Assembly: GCA_045106895.1 (NCBI GenBank)
Contig: JBGCFM010000143.1
Span: forward strand, 1-64,000
Direction: 5' to 3'
Origin: Polyangiales bacterium
Lineage (GTDB): Bacteria; Myxococcota_A; Polyangia; Polyangiales; Houyiibacteriaceae
Length of the DNA: 64,000 bases
The notes below the pieces were generated by a model. It made no database searches and was not told the DNA's origin. It was given only the letters and a program-made list of their open reading frames with translations. The position numbers were made by a program, and so were the translations under genes. Below, in pieces: positions 46,426 through 57,521 of the stretch (position 1 is the first letter of the stretch; the number at the start of each line of letters is the position of its first letter).

Positions 46426-48584
46426 ACTACTCATTCGGGGTCCCCGGCGGGGCGTGGACCGCCACGATCCTCGGCATCGCGCTTCTCGTCCTCTGCATCT
46501 TGGAGCACCAAGCGCTCGCGCGCGTGACCGTCACGAGCCGCCGTCGCGTGCTTCGCTTGTTGCGCTGGGGCTCGGCCCTCGTGGCGTGGCTTGTTGCTGT
46601 TCAGCCCACTCAAACTGGCCCGCAGGTACATGAGAGCGAGGGGCGTGTTGTGCTCCTCATCGACGATTCGCGCAGCATGTCCATCGCGGCGAATGGGGAG
46701 CCGCGTGCAGCCTTTGTTCCGGAGCTCCGTGAAGGGTGGGAGCGCTCATCGTTCGTGGACGTTCGTCGTTTGGCGGCGGAGATGAGCCCTGTGACGGCGG
46801 GGGAGAGCTTAGCGTTCGACGGTGGCGACTCCCGCATCGGAGATGCGCTTGGGTCGCTTCGCGCGGAAGGAAACGTGGGTCTCGTCGTCCTTGTGAGCGA
46901 TGGCGCGGAGACCGGCGCCGAGTTTGTAGCGGACGGTGATGACGCTCAGAGAATCATCACGGTTCCCGCGGGCCCGACTGAGATTCGCGATGATGCGATT
47001 GCCGATTTGGAAGCCGACCCCGTCGCTTTTCTTCGGCAGCCGGCGCTTATTCGAGTTCGCGTGCGACGTCTCGGTGCTCGCGGAACCATTCCTGTGCAGC
47101 TGATTCACGACGGCGTCGTCGTTCAGGAGCGGGTAGCGAACGTCGATGAGCTGGGGGAGGGCGAGGTTGTATTCTCTGTGGTTCCACGCGCTCTCGGACG
47201 GGATGTGTTCCGCGTTGCGATTCCTCTCGGCGACGACGAGGCGGTGTCAGAGAACAACACCCGCGACCTGATGATTCGCGTGATGCGGGACCGCCTCCGC
47301 GTGCTGCTCGTTGCGGGGCGACCCACGTGGGACGTGCGTTTTTTGCGTGCGTTTCTGGAGCGCGACCCGAGCATCGACTTGATCTCCTTTTTTATCCTCC
47401 GGACGACGGCGGACATGGCGAACGCGGACCCTGACGAACTTGCGCTGATTCCGTTCCCCACCGACGAGCTCTTTCGTGAGCACCTCGGAAGTTTCGACGT
47501 CATCTTTTTCCAAGACTTCGACTTTGAGCCCTACGATATGGCGTCGTACTTGCCGGGGATTGCTCGCTACGTGCAACGCGGCGGGTCCTTTGCCATGATC
47601 GGCGGAATTGGCAGCTTCGGTTCTGGGAAGTACGCCGCCACGCCTCTCGCCAGTGTACTTCCGGTCGAGTTTGACGATGTCAGCCGACCCGAACGCGGTG
47701 TGCGAAGCGAGCACTTTGCGCCACAGATCGCAGACGCCTTCGCCCAGCATCCGATGATCCGTCTCGTCGACGACGCAGGCGCGAACGCCGCGCTTTGGTC
47801 CAACCTCGCGCCCCTCGCCGGCGTCAACCAACTTCGCTCCGCCAAAGAAGACGCCCAGGTGCTCCTGCGCCACCCGCGCGATGGCACCCCGGTCTTAGCG
47901 AGCGCGAGCGTCGAGGAAGGGCGCGTCATTGCGTTTGCCGCCGATAGCTCTTGGCGCTGGGGCATGACGAGCGCTGGGGAGACGGGCGATGCGTCAGTCC
48001 ATGCGCGCTTCTGGGACCGTACGCTGCGCTGGCTTGCGCGGGACCCAGTCCTCGAACCGGCGCGTCTTACGAGCGATCAAGAGCGATACAGCCCGGGGGC
48101 CCGAATGGAAGTCCGCGGCGTGCTCCGGGACGAGCGCTATGCGTCTCTTCCTCGTGATGAGGAGATCACCCTGGAACTTCGTCTCGACGATGAGGTCGTC
48201 GAGTCCCGTCGCGTCGAGCTAGACGCCGGAGACGCGCTCTCGCTCTCGATGGAAGCGCCGCAGTCGCCGGGCGTGTATCACCTCGTGGCGCATGGCCCAG
48301 ATGGAGACTTGGCAGAGGAACCCTTCGTGGTGGACGGCGGAGGCGTCGAGCTTGCGGATGTTCGCGTTCGCCGCGACTACCTCGGCCGCATCGCCGAGGC
48401 ATCAGGCGGACAGCTCATGGAGCCGGGAGACCTGCCTTCGGATCCTGCGCTCTTGGATCGAACGCGGCGGAGCGTTCGCGGCAGCGTTCGTCGCGCGGTT
48501 TTTGCAAACCCGTTTCTTGTGACGGCGCTTGTCCTGCTCCTCGGCGCGAGCTGGTGGACCCGCCGACGCTGGGGGCAAAGCTAG
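46422..48584 (+). CDS. membrane protein with vWA-like, Ig-like and GATase1-like domains (usual DUF4159 partner)
   Basis: N-terminal TMs, LLIDDSRSMS / VSDG (MIDAS-like), RVLLVAGRPTWD, DLISFFILRT, ELALIPFPTDELF, SWRW and C-terminal WWTRRRWG. Confidence 0.82.
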   Translation: MNYSFGVPGGAWTATILGIALLVLCILEHQALARVTVTSRRRVLRLLRWGSALVAWLVAVQPTQTGPQVHESEGRVVLLIDDSRSMSIAANGEPRAAFVPELREGWERSSFVDVRRLAAEMSPVTAGESLAFDGGDSRIGDALGSLRAEGNVGLVVLVSDGAETGAEFVADGDDAQRIITVPAGPTEIRDDAIADLEADPVAFLRQPALIRVRVRRLGARGTIPVQLIHDGVVVQERVANVDELGEGEVVFSVVPRALGRDVFRVAIPLGDDEAVSENNTRDLMIRVMRDRLRVLLVAGRPTWDVRFLRAFLERDPSIDLISFFILRTTADMANADPDELALIPFPTDELFREHLGSFDVIFFQDFDFEPYDMASYLPGIARYVQRGGSFAMIGGIGSFGSGKYAATPLASVLPVEFDDVSRPERGVRSEHFAPQIADAFAQHPMIRLVDDAGANAALWSNLAPLAGVNQLRSAKEDAQVLLRHPRDGTPVLASASVEEGRVIAFAADSSWRWGMTSAGETGDASVHARFWDRTLRWLARDPVLEPARLTSDQERYSPGARMEVRGVLRDERYASLPRDEEITLELRLDDEVVESRRVELDAGDALSLSMEAPQSPGVYHLVAHGPDGDLAEEPFVVDGGGVELADVRVRRDYLGRIAEASGGQLMEPGDLPSDPALLDRTRRSVRGSVRRAVFANPFLVTALVLLLGASWWTRRRWGQS

Positions 48585-48600
48585 GTCGGCGATGGCCGGA

Positions 48601-49290
48601 CTAGAGGCAGGCTGATTCGAAGGGTTGTTCGAGGGGCACGGAGAATGCTGCGTCGATGAACACGGCTTCGCCGCTCACGCAGTTGACGAGATTCCCGGAG
48701 AGCTCGAAGGTCTCTTGACCGTCGGCCGCCTCGAGGCTGGTGAAGTTGATGCTTGCATCCGCGTCCCCGCAGTTTTGGAACGCCACGGAGGAGGGGGAAC
48801 CTGGCTCAACGAAGTACACCTCGAGGGCGGAGCTGAAGGTCACGCTCAAAGGCGCGCCGACGGGAATCACGTCGCCGATGTCTCGCGCGTCGATGAGCAC
48901 GACGAGGTAGGGGGCGATTCGTAGGTCACAGGTGGGGTTGGAGTAGAGCGCGAAGATGAGCTCGCGTGACTCGCTGCTGCACGGCACTTCGTTGTAGAAC
49001 GCAGCCGCGGACTGGACTGGAAAAACGATGTCTTCGCTCCCCCGCCGAACCACGGCGCGGTTGAGCACATCGCCTTCGGCGATAGGAACGCAGCCGGAGA
49101 GGGACGTCGCATCGATGGCACCGTCAAAGGACGGCACATCCGGGGTGGGGCCAGAATCGCGGCGCGCACCAACGCTGTTGCCGAAGTTGCTCGGGTTTCG
49201 GTTGTTCAGCGGAGCTGGCGGTGGTGACTCCGGGTCTGCGCATGCCGAAAAACCGAGCGAGAGGACGAGCAAGAGTCTGGCGATGCGCAT
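48601..49290 (-). CDS. hypothetical lipoprotein
   Basis: [17 protein letters not shown] lipobox, Pro/Asp linker and paired Cys. Confidence 0.7.
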   Translation of the reverse strand: MRIARLLLVLSLGFSACADPESPPPAPLNNRNPSNFGNSVGARRDSGPTPDVPSFDGAIDATSLSGCVPIAEGDVLNRAVVRRGSEDIVFPVQSAAAFYNEVPCSSESRELIFALYSNPTCDLRIAPYLVVLIDARDIGDVIPVGAPLSVTFSSALEVYFVEPGSPSSVAFQNCGDADASINFTSLEAADGQETFELSGNLVNCVSGEAVFIDAAFSVPLEQPFESACL

Positions 49291-49391
49291 GTTCTAGCGC
49301 TAGCAGTCTCGGCGTTGGGCCGCAAAACAAGTGCGAGAAGCTGCGTCTCCGTCCTTGGCGGATACGCCTTGTCGCGACTACCTTCGCAGTC

Positions 49392-50741
49392 ATGTCTTTC
49401 CATGCGTGGTTTCAAAGCGTCAGCGACCCAGAGGAATGCTACCCACTCTCGGACATCGTCTACCGTTCCAGCGACGGCGCGCTCCTGGAGGTCGTCCATG
49501 ACATGAACGCGCTCAGGGATCGGAGTCCCGAGGAGTGGCGAACGCTCATCGACGGCCGGGTTGGGCGAAGCGCGTGGCCTTATGGAAGTGGGGTCTGGAG
49601 CAAGAAAGAGTGGGTTCAGCCTCACGTTGCGCCGGAGAACGTCGTCTCGCTCTACGAAGGAAATACCAATCTCTTCTGGGCGGAGCGCTATGGCAAAGAG
49701 CATCTCGGATTGAGTGACCTCTGGGTCAAGCAGTGCGGCACGAGCCACACTGGCTCGTTCAAGGATTTGGGCATGACCGTGCTCGTCTCGTCAGTGAAGC
49801 AGATGATCGCGGACGGGAAGAACATTCGCGCCGTCGCCTGCGCCTCTACCGGTGACACCTCTGCTGCGCTGGCCGCCTATGGAGCCGCGGCCGGGATTCC
49901 AGTTTTGGTACTCTTACCCAAAGGGAAGGTCACCGCGGCGCAGCTCGTGCAGCCCATCGCGAACGGCGCGAAGGTGTGTGCCCTCGACACGGACTTCGAC
50001 GGTTGCATGCGCGTAGTGCAGGCACTCACCGAGGACCCCAGCATCTATCTCGCGAACTCGATGAATAGCCTGAGAATCGAGGGCCAGAAGACCATCGCCA
50101 TGGAGATTGCGCAGCAGTTCGACTGGCAGGTTCCAGATTGGGTGCTGGTACCCGGCGGCAACCTCGGCAACGTGTCCGCCATCGCGAAGGGCTTTGTCGA
50201 GATGAAGGAGATGGGGCTTGTGGACCGCTTGCCGCGTCTTGTCTGTTGCCAAGCAGCCAAGGCCAACCCGCTCTACCGTGCGTATCAGCGGGCCGTCGCA
50301 GAAGGCCGAGACCTTGAAGAGAGGGACTTTGTTCCCCTCGAAGCCGAAGAGACTCTCGCGTCCGCGATTCGCATCGGCAACCCCGTTTCACTTCCGAAGG
50401 CGGTCCGTGCGTTGCTTGCGTGTCGCGGCGAAGTGGAGCAGGCAACAGAGGCGGAACTCGCCGACGCCAGCGCGCGTGCGGACCTCACGGGGATGTTCAA
50501 CTGTCCACACACGGGCGTCGCCCTCGCGTGTTTGGAGAAGCTCGTCGCGCGAAAGACCATCAAAGACGGGGAGCGCGTCGTGGTGATCTCCACGGCCCAC
50601 GGGCTCAAGTTCACCGACTCGAAGGCGGCGTATCACCGGGACGAGCTTTCGTTCAAGGGGGCGCACGCTAACCATGCCCACGAGCTTGGGAGCGACCCTG
50701 CGGAGGTGGTGTCCCAACTTCATCGACTGCTCGATCGATGA
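49392..50741 (+). CDS. thrC: threonine synthase (plant-like subfamily)
   Basis: [34 protein letters not shown] (PLP Lys), [45 protein letters not shown]. Confidence 0.95.
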   Translation: MSFHAWFQSVSDPEECYPLSDIVYRSSDGALLEVVHDMNALRDRSPEEWRTLIDGRVGRSAWPYGSGVWSKKEWVQPHVAPENVVSLYEGNTNLFWAERYGKEHLGLSDLWVKQCGTSHTGSFKDLGMTVLVSSVKQMIADGKNIRAVACASTGDTSAALAAYGAAAGIPVLVLLPKGKVTAAQLVQPIANGAKVCALDTDFDGCMRVVQALTEDPSIYLANSMNSLRIEGQKTIAMEIAQQFDWQVPDWVLVPGGNLGNVSAIAKGFVEMKEMGLVDRLPRLVCCQAAKANPLYRAYQRAVAEGRDLEERDFVPLEAEETLASAIRIGNPVSLPKAVRALLACRGEVEQATEAELADASARADLTGMFNCPHTGVALACLEKLVARKTIKDGERVVVISTAHGLKFTDSKAAYHRDELSFKGAHANHAHELGSDPAEVVSQLHRLLDR

Positions 50742-52045
50742 TCGCACGCCTCGGCGCGGCGCTGAGCCGGCTCGGTGAGCGCTACTTGCCGGACCCGTTT
50801 GTATTGGCGCTGGGAATCACCGTGCTGGTGGCGGGCGCGGCGCTAACGACGCTCTCCGGAACGGAGGTTATCGGCGCGTGGATGGATGGGTTCGCGTCGC
50901 CACCGCTCCTTGGCTTCGCCCTGCAGATGTGCCTCGTCTTGGTCACCGGCCACGCGCTGGCCCTGAGTCCTCCTGTGCAGCGTGCGGTGCGACGCCTCGC
51001 GCGTATCCCGAAAAGCGCAGCTCAAGCCACGGCTTTGGTGACGTTCATCTCATGCGCAGCCGCCGTGGTTCATTGGGGTCTTGGTGCCATCGTCGGCGCC
51101 TTCCTGGCACGCGAAGTCGGGCGCCACGCGAAGGCAGTCGGAACGCGGATCCATTACCCGCTCCTCGGCGCCGCGGCCTACACGGGCATGGCGGTATGGC
51201 ACGGCGGGCTAAGCGCTTCGGCGCCCCTGAAAGTGGCGGAAGCAGGCCACTTTGCCGAAGACGTCGCGGGTGTGATCTCCGTGAACGGGACTCTTTTTGG
51301 GACGCTGAACCTCGTCGTCACGGGCGGCTTGATGGTCGGCCTGCCCCTTCTGATGATGATGCTCGTTCCAAAGGAGCTTGAGGAGTACCAGCCCCCGTCG
51401 CACTTGCCCGACGATGTGGACGAGCGAGACGCGACTAGCGCGCGCGATATGTGGGTGGCCTACGCGGCTGGCGCGCTCGGTCTCGCTGCTGTGGTCACGG
51501 CGTGGATGAGCGGCGAGAGCAACTTCGACGTCAACTTGATGAACTTTCTCTTCCTCTTCACCGGGCTGCTCCTCCAAGGGAGCATCAAACACTACGTCGC
51601 CGCCATCGCGGATGGTGCACGTGGCGCCGGCGCCATCATCCTGCAGTTCCCGTTCTACTTTGGGATACTGGGGATGATGAAGGCGGCGGGCCTGGTCAGC
51701 GCCCTGAGCGCGTGGATGGTGTCTTCAACGAGCGCGACGACCTTCGCACCGGTCGCGTTTCTGTCCTCTGGTCTGACTAACTTGGCTATCCCCTCAGGCG
51801 GAGGGCAATGGGCGATCCAGGGCGAATGGGTCCTCGGTGCAGCCTCACGCCTGGGCGTCGCGCCGGAGACGGCGGTGATGGCGTTTTCCTACGGAGACGC
51901 CTGGACCAACATGCTCCAGCCGTTCTGGGCCCTGCCTTTGCTCTCGATCATGGGTCTCAAGGCGAAGGAAATCGTCGGCTATACGGCGGTGGTGTTCCTG
52001 TTTCTCGGTGTCGTTGTGCCTTTGGCGCTTGTGTTCCTGGGCTAG
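50738..52045 (+). CDS. atoE: short-chain fatty acid transporter (AtoE family)
   Basis: [67 protein letters not shown]. Confidence 0.92.
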   Translation: MIARLGAALSRLGERYLPDPFVLALGITVLVAGAALTTLSGTEVIGAWMDGFASPPLLGFALQMCLVLVTGHALALSPPVQRAVRRLARIPKSAAQATALVTFISCAAAVVHWGLGAIVGAFLAREVGRHAKAVGTRIHYPLLGAAAYTGMAVWHGGLSASAPLKVAEAGHFAEDVAGVISVNGTLFGTLNLVVTGGLMVGLPLLMMMLVPKELEEYQPPSHLPDDVDERDATSARDMWVAYAAGALGLAAVVTAWMSGESNFDVNLMNFLFLFTGLLLQGSIKHYVAAIADGARGAGAIILQFPFYFGILGMMKAAGLVSALSAWMVSSTSATTFAPVAFLSSGLTNLAIPSGGGQWAIQGEWVLGAASRLGVAPETAVMAFSYGDAWTNMLQPFWALPLLSIMGLKAKEIVGYTAVVFLFLGVVVPLALVFLG

Positions 52046-52089
52046 TCACCGCCTGGACGCCTCACCCTTTTGCATGGCACCCTGGCAAC

Positions 52090-53187
52090 GTGTTTCGTTC
52101 TTGTATTCTCGTGTGCGTATTTGCGACTGCCTGCGCCTCTGGCGGGACAAACCCTGGGGAGCGAACGGACACTGGGCCCTCTGGGACAGATGTCCCGCGC
52201 CTAGACACATCCACTGGGTGTGACCCTTCTTGCCGCGCGGATGAAACCTGCGTGGATGGCGAATGCATCTCCGCAGGTGGGGACGCTGACGAAGACGGCG
52301 TTCCCGTCGAGGTCGACTGCGACGACTCGAACCCGCTAGTCGGACGTACGGGAAGCCGGACCTGTTCCACAGATTGCGGCGACGGCGTCGAGATGTGCAG
52401 CGAGGGACTCTGGGGGGCTTGCTCAGCCGAGTGTGGGTGTACCGAGGGCGCTAGTCAGATGATTCCGTGTGGCGCGTGCGGGGATCAAAACCAAGTATGC
52501 ACCGCCGGCCGCTGGGAAAACTCCGGATCGTGCTCCGGCGAGGGCCTTTGCCCGATGGGGTCCTCCGAGACCCGGGCTTGCGCAGATGGGTCGCCACAGG
52601 TCCGAATGTGTGGCGCCTCCTGCACCTGGGGAGAGTGGACGGATTGCGCGGCGCCGCCGGAATGCACGGCGGGTGAAATCGAACGAGATAGCCGCGCCTG
52701 TGGCAGCTGCGGTGGCATGGAAGAGCGTACGCGCACCTGCGTGAGCGGTTTCTGGGGCGCGTGGAGCGGATACGGCGCGTGCTCGGGCGGCGGCGGCGGT
52801 GAGTGCACGATGGGCGAGACGGACACCGAGACCGGGTCGTGCACTGGGAGCTGTGGCACTCGAACGCGCTCCCGCACCTGCGGAAGCGATTGCCGCTGGG
52901 GCGGCTTCGGCGCCTGGAGCGCTTGCTCGGGAGGAACCTGCACGCCCGGCACGACCCGCGACTGCGCGAACGGAGACGCGTGCGGCGAGGAGCGCTGCAC
53001 GTCGAGTTGTACATGGGCTGCATGTGCGCCCTCTTTGCCCGGAGGCTGCCTTCGTATCCGGCCCGGCACCGGCGGCCCGCCGGGCAACAACTACCAATGC
53101 TGCACGCCCAGCGGCGGCGGAAGTGGATGGCAGTTCTGCTTGTCCACGTGCAGATGGTCGACGTCCTGCGACCCGCATAGCTGCTAG
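52090..53187 (+). CDS. Cys-rich lipoprotein with a D-x-D-x-D-G...DCDD metal-binding motif and thrombospondin-1-like repeats
   Basis: Lipobox ATAC; DADEDG...DCDDSNP; repeated CGxCG...RTRTC...WGxWSxC units. Confidence 0.75.
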   Translation: MFRSCILVCVFATACASGGTNPGERTDTGPSGTDVPRLDTSTGCDPSCRADETCVDGECISAGGDADEDGVPVEVDCDDSNPLVGRTGSRTCSTDCGDGVEMCSEGLWGACSAECGCTEGASQMIPCGACGDQNQVCTAGRWENSGSCSGEGLCPMGSSETRACADGSPQVRMCGASCTWGEWTDCAAPPECTAGEIERDSRACGSCGGMEERTRTCVSGFWGAWSGYGACSGGGGGECTMGETDTETGSCTGSCGTRTRSRTCGSDCRWGGFGAWSACSGGTCTPGTTRDCANGDACGEERCTSSCTWAACAPSLPGGCLRIRPGTGGPPGNNYQCCTPSGGGSGWQFCLSTCRWSTSCDPHSC

Positions 53188-53207
53188 CCACTGCACTTGG
53201 GCCAGGC

Positions 53208-55301
53208 TCAGAGCATACCGGTGCTTCCGATGCGCCAACGTACACGCGCGATGCAGAGCGGGACGATGGTGCCTTTGTGGTTTAGCTTCTTGCGGAGGGC
53301 GCCCACGGCTTCTTTGAGCGTCGCGCCGGAGCCGATGTAATCATCGATGAGGAGAAGCGTTCCCGTTGAGTCGCCGAGGCCTGCGCCCCCGTGGATGGTC
53401 CCTGAGATGTTGTTGCGGCGCTGGTCGTTGTTCAGAAGCTGGCCCTGTCTGGCTTCGGGCGCTGTCCCGTAACGAAGCACGTCCGGAAGGGCGGGGCAGC
53501 CGAGGGATCTTGCTAACCACTCCACCGTCGCGTCGCGTTGAGCCCAAGAACGTGAGGGCACAGCGACGACGGCGGAAAAGGGACCGAGTTTGGCGAGTTG
53601 CGGGAGATGGCGCTGAAGCGCCTCGAAGGTCGAGTCTGGAAGAGGCTTGTCGCCTGCCCGCCCGCGCATGAAGGAGCGAAACCCCGGCCCGTTCATAGGA
53701 CCGTCGAAGAGCGCGAAGCCGTCGGAGTAGAGAGGGCGCTTGGCACCTGAGATACGTACGGGCCTCGATTCGAGCCAAGCCTGAACGTCGGCCGCATTTG
53801 TGTCAGCGGGCGCCTGTGGTGCTGATGGAACACAAAGATCGCAGCGGCCGCAAATGTTCGCGTCGTCGTCGCCGAGCGCTTGGCGGAGTCGTTGCATTCG
53901 GCAGTCGGATTCGCCCCGCGCGTACCTCAGCATCGACTCCAGCTCCCGCGTGCGCACGTGCAGTTGACGCTCGTAGCGCGTCAGGTTCGGCTCTCCTTCG
54001 ACGCCTCCGGAGGCGTAGACCTGCTTCTTGCCGGAGCGTTTCTTGACGATGAAGCCCTGCTCAATCAGCTCTGCCAGCACAACGGCGACTCGGGTTGGGT
54101 GCAGCCCAGTGCGCGCTTTGATGGCCGAGAGAGACGGCGGGTCTTCGCCCGATTGGCGAACCTTGCGCATCACTGTGTGAAAGTCGCCGAGCGTCGGCTG
54201 CGCGGACCCGATGAAGTAGTCCTGAACTTTGCGGTCTCGTTCGTCGAAGAGAAGGGTTCCGGCGGCGGCGTGACCATCTCGTCCAGCGCGGCCTACTTCC
54301 TGGTAGTAGGCGGTGATGGAGCCGGGAAGGTCGACGTGTACGATGAAGCGGATGTTCGGCTTGTCGATGCCCATGCCCAGCGCATTGGTGGCAGCGATGA
54401 CGGGAATCTCGTCGGCGATGAACGCTTCCTGGAGCGCTCGCTTACGATCGGGATTGAGTCCCGCATGATAGGCGGTGACGGGGATTCCGCGGCTCGTCAC
54501 ATATTCGGCCACGACCTCCGTTTGGTCACGGGTGGCGCAGTACAAGATGCCGCTGCCTTCCGCGTTGCTGAGCACGCGGCAGAGCTGTTCCAGCTTCTGC
54601 GCCAAGCCATCGACGGGCATGACATCGAGAGCCAAGTTCGGGCGGTCCATGCCTTGGCGCTGCACGACGAGGGGGCGTCCGCCGGAGCCGAGGAGGGCGG
54701 CGATATCGGCCTCTGTGCGTGCGTCGGCGGTGGCCGTCAGCGCCAGCACACGCATGCTGGCTCGCTTGGCAGAGAACCTTGCGACGGCATCGACAATCCT
54801 TCGGTAGGAAGGTCGAAAGTCATGCCCCCACGTCGACACGCAGTGCGCCTCGTCAACGACGAGGAGTGCGACGTCGAGGGTCAGCAAGAACTCCAAGGTG
54901 ATGACGTTGTCCAGGCGCTCCGGAGATATGAAAAGAATCTGCACGTCGCCGGCGCGAAGGCGCTCTGTCACCAGGTCGTTCGCCGCCTCGTCTTGGTCCG
55001 AGTTGATGGACGCAGCCTTCACATCGAAGCGTTCGACGAGGTGACGGATCTGGTCCCGCATCAGCGCCAAGAGGGGCGAGACTACGATGGTCAGGCCCGG
55101 GAGGAGCGTTGCCGGTAGCTGGTAGGTGAGGGACTTGCCGTGTCCTGTGGGCTGGATGCAGAGGAGCCGCCCCTCCTCGAAAAGCGAAGTGATGGCTTCC
55201 TGCTGGCCTGGACGAAACTCCGAGAAGCCAAAGCGCTCTTTGAGGGCGGCGAGGAGTTCGGCTTCGGAGGGGATCGGGTCTGGGTCCATTGGGCTCGTCA
55301 T
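53208..55301 (-). CDS. RecQ-family helicase with a C-terminal phosphoribosyltransferase-like domain (RqlH-like)
   Basis: FRPGQ, PTGHGKS, DEAHCVSTWGHDFRP, TATA, YHAG, ATNALGMGIDK, YQEVGRAGRDG, Zn motif CRM...CGRCDLC, PRT motif LLIDDYIGSGATL. Start 55301 or 55289. Confidence 0.9.
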   Translation of the reverse strand: MTSPMDPDPIPSEAELLAALKERFGFSEFRPGQQEAITSLFEEGRLLCIQPTGHGKSLTYQLPATLLPGLTIVVSPLLALMRDQIRHLVERFDVKAASINSDQDEAANDLVTERLRAGDVQILFISPERLDNVITLEFLLTLDVALLVVDEAHCVSTWGHDFRPSYRRIVDAVARFSAKRASMRVLALTATADARTEADIAALLGSGGRPLVVQRQGMDRPNLALDVMPVDGLAQKLEQLCRVLSNAEGSGILYCATRDQTEVVAEYVTSRGIPVTAYHAGLNPDRKRALQEAFIADEIPVIAATNALGMGIDKPNIRFIVHVDLPGSITAYYQEVGRAGRDGHAAAGTLLFDERDRKVQDYFIGSAQPTLGDFHTVMRKVRQSGEDPPSLSAIKARTGLHPTRVAVVLAELIEQGFIVKKRSGKKQVYASGGVEGEPNLTRYERQLHVRTRELESMLRYARGESDCRMQRLRQALGDDDANICGRCDLCVPSAPQAPADTNAADVQAWLESRPVRISGAKRPLYSDGFALFDGPMNGPGFRSFMRGRAGDKPLPDSTFEALQRHLPQLAKLGPFSAVVAVPSRSWAQRDATVEWLARSLGCPALPDVLRYGTAPEARQGQLLNNDQRRNNISGTIHGGAGLGDSTGTLLLIDDYIGSGATLKEAVGALRKKLNHKGTIVPLCIARVRWRIGSTGML

Positions 55302-55359
55302 CTGGGGGCAGGAAGACACATCTTCCCTTCTACGTAAATGCTGTGACAGCTTGCGGGGC

Positions 55360-55998
55360 ATGCCTCTGTCCAAACAGCAGCTCTCCGAGGTCACCACAGA
55401 TACCGTGGCGCACTACGACGACAACGCCGAGCAGTTCTGGCGTGGAACGCGCGACCATGACGTTCAGCAGAACCGAGACGCGTTGCTACGCCACCTAGAG
55501 GGTCTCGCTCCGCTTCGCATTCTCGACCTCGGCTGTGGTCCGGGCCGGGATCTGATGGCTTTTCGAGACCTCGGTCACGAGCCAGTGGGCCTCGACGGGT
55601 CGCTTCGGTTCTGCGAGATGGCGCGCAAACACTCGGGCTGTGAGGTCTGGCATCAGGACTTCCTGCAGCTCGCGCTGCCGGCCGCACGTTTTGAGGGTGT
55701 CTTCGCGAACGCGAGTCTCTTTCATGTGCCCTCGCAGGAGATCCCCCGCGTTCTCGGCCAGCTCTGGGAGACTCTCACTCCGAAGGGAGCGCTCTTCTGC
55801 TCCAACCCCCGTGGCGAGAATATGGAGGGCTGGCAGGGGCGACGTTTCGGGGCCTATCACGACCACGCGCGCTGGCGCGCCTTGGCCGAAGCTGCGGGTT
55901 TCACCGAGCTGGAGCATTACTATCGACCGCCCGGTCGACCGCGTAGCGAGCAACCATGGCTTGCTACGGTGTTCCGCAAACGAGAGCCGAAGCTCTAG
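55360..55998 (+). CDS. class I SAM-dependent methyltransferase
   Basis: ILDLGCGPGRD, GLDGS, GVFANASLFHVP. Confidence 0.9.
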   Translation: MPLSKQQLSEVTTDTVAHYDDNAEQFWRGTRDHDVQQNRDALLRHLEGLAPLRILDLGCGPGRDLMAFRDLGHEPVGLDGSLRFCEMARKHSGCEVWHQDFLQLALPAARFEGVFANASLFHVPSQEIPRVLGQLWETLTPKGALFCSNPRGENMEGWQGRRFGAYHDHARWRALAEAAGFTELEHYYRPPGRPRSEQPWLATVFRKREPKL

Positions 55999-56029
55999 AG
56001 CCCAGCTCATAGCTTCGCACGGCCGCATG

Positions 56030-56056
56030 GGGGCGGGAGAACCGCGTCTTCGCCCC
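56030..56056. terminator. hairpin between the convergent methyltransferase and scoB
   Basis: GGGGCGGGAGA...TCTTCGCCCC imperfect inverted repeat. Confidence 0.4.
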
Positions 56057-56080
56057 TCAGCTCAAGTGGTGAATCAGGCT

Positions 56081-56740
56081 CTAGTCGAAGTTCATCACTT
56101 TGACGTCGGGGCCGACCTGGAGCTTCGGCTCCGTCTTCGCTTGGACGTCCGCGGCACTCACGCCTGGCGCGAGCTCCTTCAAGACCAAGCCGCCATCGGT
56201 GACATCAAGGACACACAGGTCCGTGACGATTTGATGGACGCAGCGCTGACCTGTGAGCGGTAGAGCGCACTCGTTGAGGATCTTCATGCCGCCCTTCTTG
56301 GTGACGTGGTCCATCATGACCACCACGCGCCGCGCGCCGGCGACGAGATCCATGGCTCCGCCCATGCCCTTCACCATCTTGCCCGGGATCATCCAGTTCG
56401 CGAGGTCGCCTCTGCCGCTGACCTCCATGGCGCCGAGGACGCACATGTCGACGTGGCCGCCGCGAATCATGGCGAAGCTCTCGGAGCTGTCGAAGAAGAC
56501 GGACCCCGGAATCGTGGTGACGGTCTGCTTCCCGGCGTTGATGAGGTCGGCGTCTTCTTCGCCCTCAAAGGGGAAGGGTCCGATGCCGAGAAGACCGTTC
56601 TCACTCTGGAGAACGACCTCAATGCCAGGCTTGATGTGGTTGGCGATGAGCGTCGGCATCCCAATACCAAGGTTCACGAAGTAGCCGTCTTTGAGGTCTT
56701 GGGCGATTCGTGCCGCCATCTGGTCGCGCGATAGGCTCAT
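56081..56740 (-). CDS. scoB: 3-oxoacid CoA-transferase subunit B
   Basis: [13 protein letters not shown] (catalytic Glu), [26 protein letters not shown]. Confidence 0.95.
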   Translation of the reverse strand: MSLSRDQMAARIAQDLKDGYFVNLGIGMPTLIANHIKPGIEVVLQSENGLLGIGPFPFEGEEDADLINAGKQTVTTIPGSVFFDSSESFAMIRGGHVDMCVLGAMEVSGRGDLANWMIPGKMVKGMGGAMDLVAGARRVVVMMDHVTKKGGMKILNECALPLTGQRCVHQIVTDLCVLDVTDGGLVLKELAPGVSAADVQAKTEPKLQVGPDVKVMNFD

Positions 56741-57447
56741 GACGATGCCTCCTCTCGGGTGCGTACGGTCCGTTGCTCGATGGGTTTGTCGAAGCGCTCT
56801 CCGACGATGACGTGCTGCACGTAGATGCCGGGAGTGTGAATGTGATCCGGGTCCAGCTCGCCCACTTCGACGAGCTCTTCGACCTCGGCGATCGTGATCG
56901 TGGCGGCGGGCGCCATGATGGGGTTGAAATTCCGAGCCGTCTTTCGAAACACAAGGTTGCCCCAGCGGTCGGCCTTGTAGGCTTTGACGAAGGCGACGTC
57001 GGCATGAAGCGCCGTCTCCAGAACGAACTCCCGTCCTCCGAACTCGCGTGTCTCTTTGCCCTCGGCAACTTTTGTTCCGACGCCAGTCGGCGTGTAGAAC
57101 GCGGGGATGCCGGCGCCTCCTGCGCGAATTCGCTCGGCGAGGGTGCCTTGCGGGTTGAGCTCGACCTCCAGCTCACCGCTGAGGAATTTCTCGGCGAAGA
57201 TAGAGTTCTCGCCCACGTAGGAGCTGATCATTTTTCGGACCTGGCCGTTCGCCAGAAGGATCCCGAGCCCCATATCTGTGGTGCCACAGTTGTTGGAGAT
57301 AATCTCCAAGTCCTTGGTGCCCTGTTCGCGAAGGGCGCGGATGAGATTTTCGGGGTTTCCGGACAAGCCGAAACCTCCCGACATAAGGGTGGAGCCATCC
57401 TTCATGTCTCGGATGGCCTCTGCGGCGCTAGCGACAACCTTGTTCAT
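56737..57447 (-). CDS. scoA: 3-oxoacid CoA-transferase subunit A
   Basis: [54 protein letters not shown]. Confidence 0.95.
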   Translation of the reverse strand: MNKVVASAAEAIRDMKDGSTLMSGGFGLSGNPENLIRALREQGTKDLEIISNNCGTTDMGLGILLANGQVRKMISSYVGENSIFAEKFLSGELEVELNPQGTLAERIRAGGAGIPAFYTPTGVGTKVAEGKETREFGGREFVLETALHADVAFVKAYKADRWGNLVFRKTARNFNPIMAPAATITIAEVEELVEVGELDPDHIHTPGIYVQHVIVGERFDKPIEQRTVRTREEASS

Positions 57448-57521
57448 ACGCGCGCATCTTCTCGCCTTGGCGCCAGCGCGTCAACGCCCTCGCTCACACG
57501 TGTTGAATGGTCCGCGGAATG

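Noticed and set aside
53208..55998. Helicase plus divergent methyltransferase as a restriction or defence system
   Set aside because: The methyltransferase is a small-molecule class I type without DNA-MTase motifs (no DPPY/NPPY or PC), and no nuclease is present.
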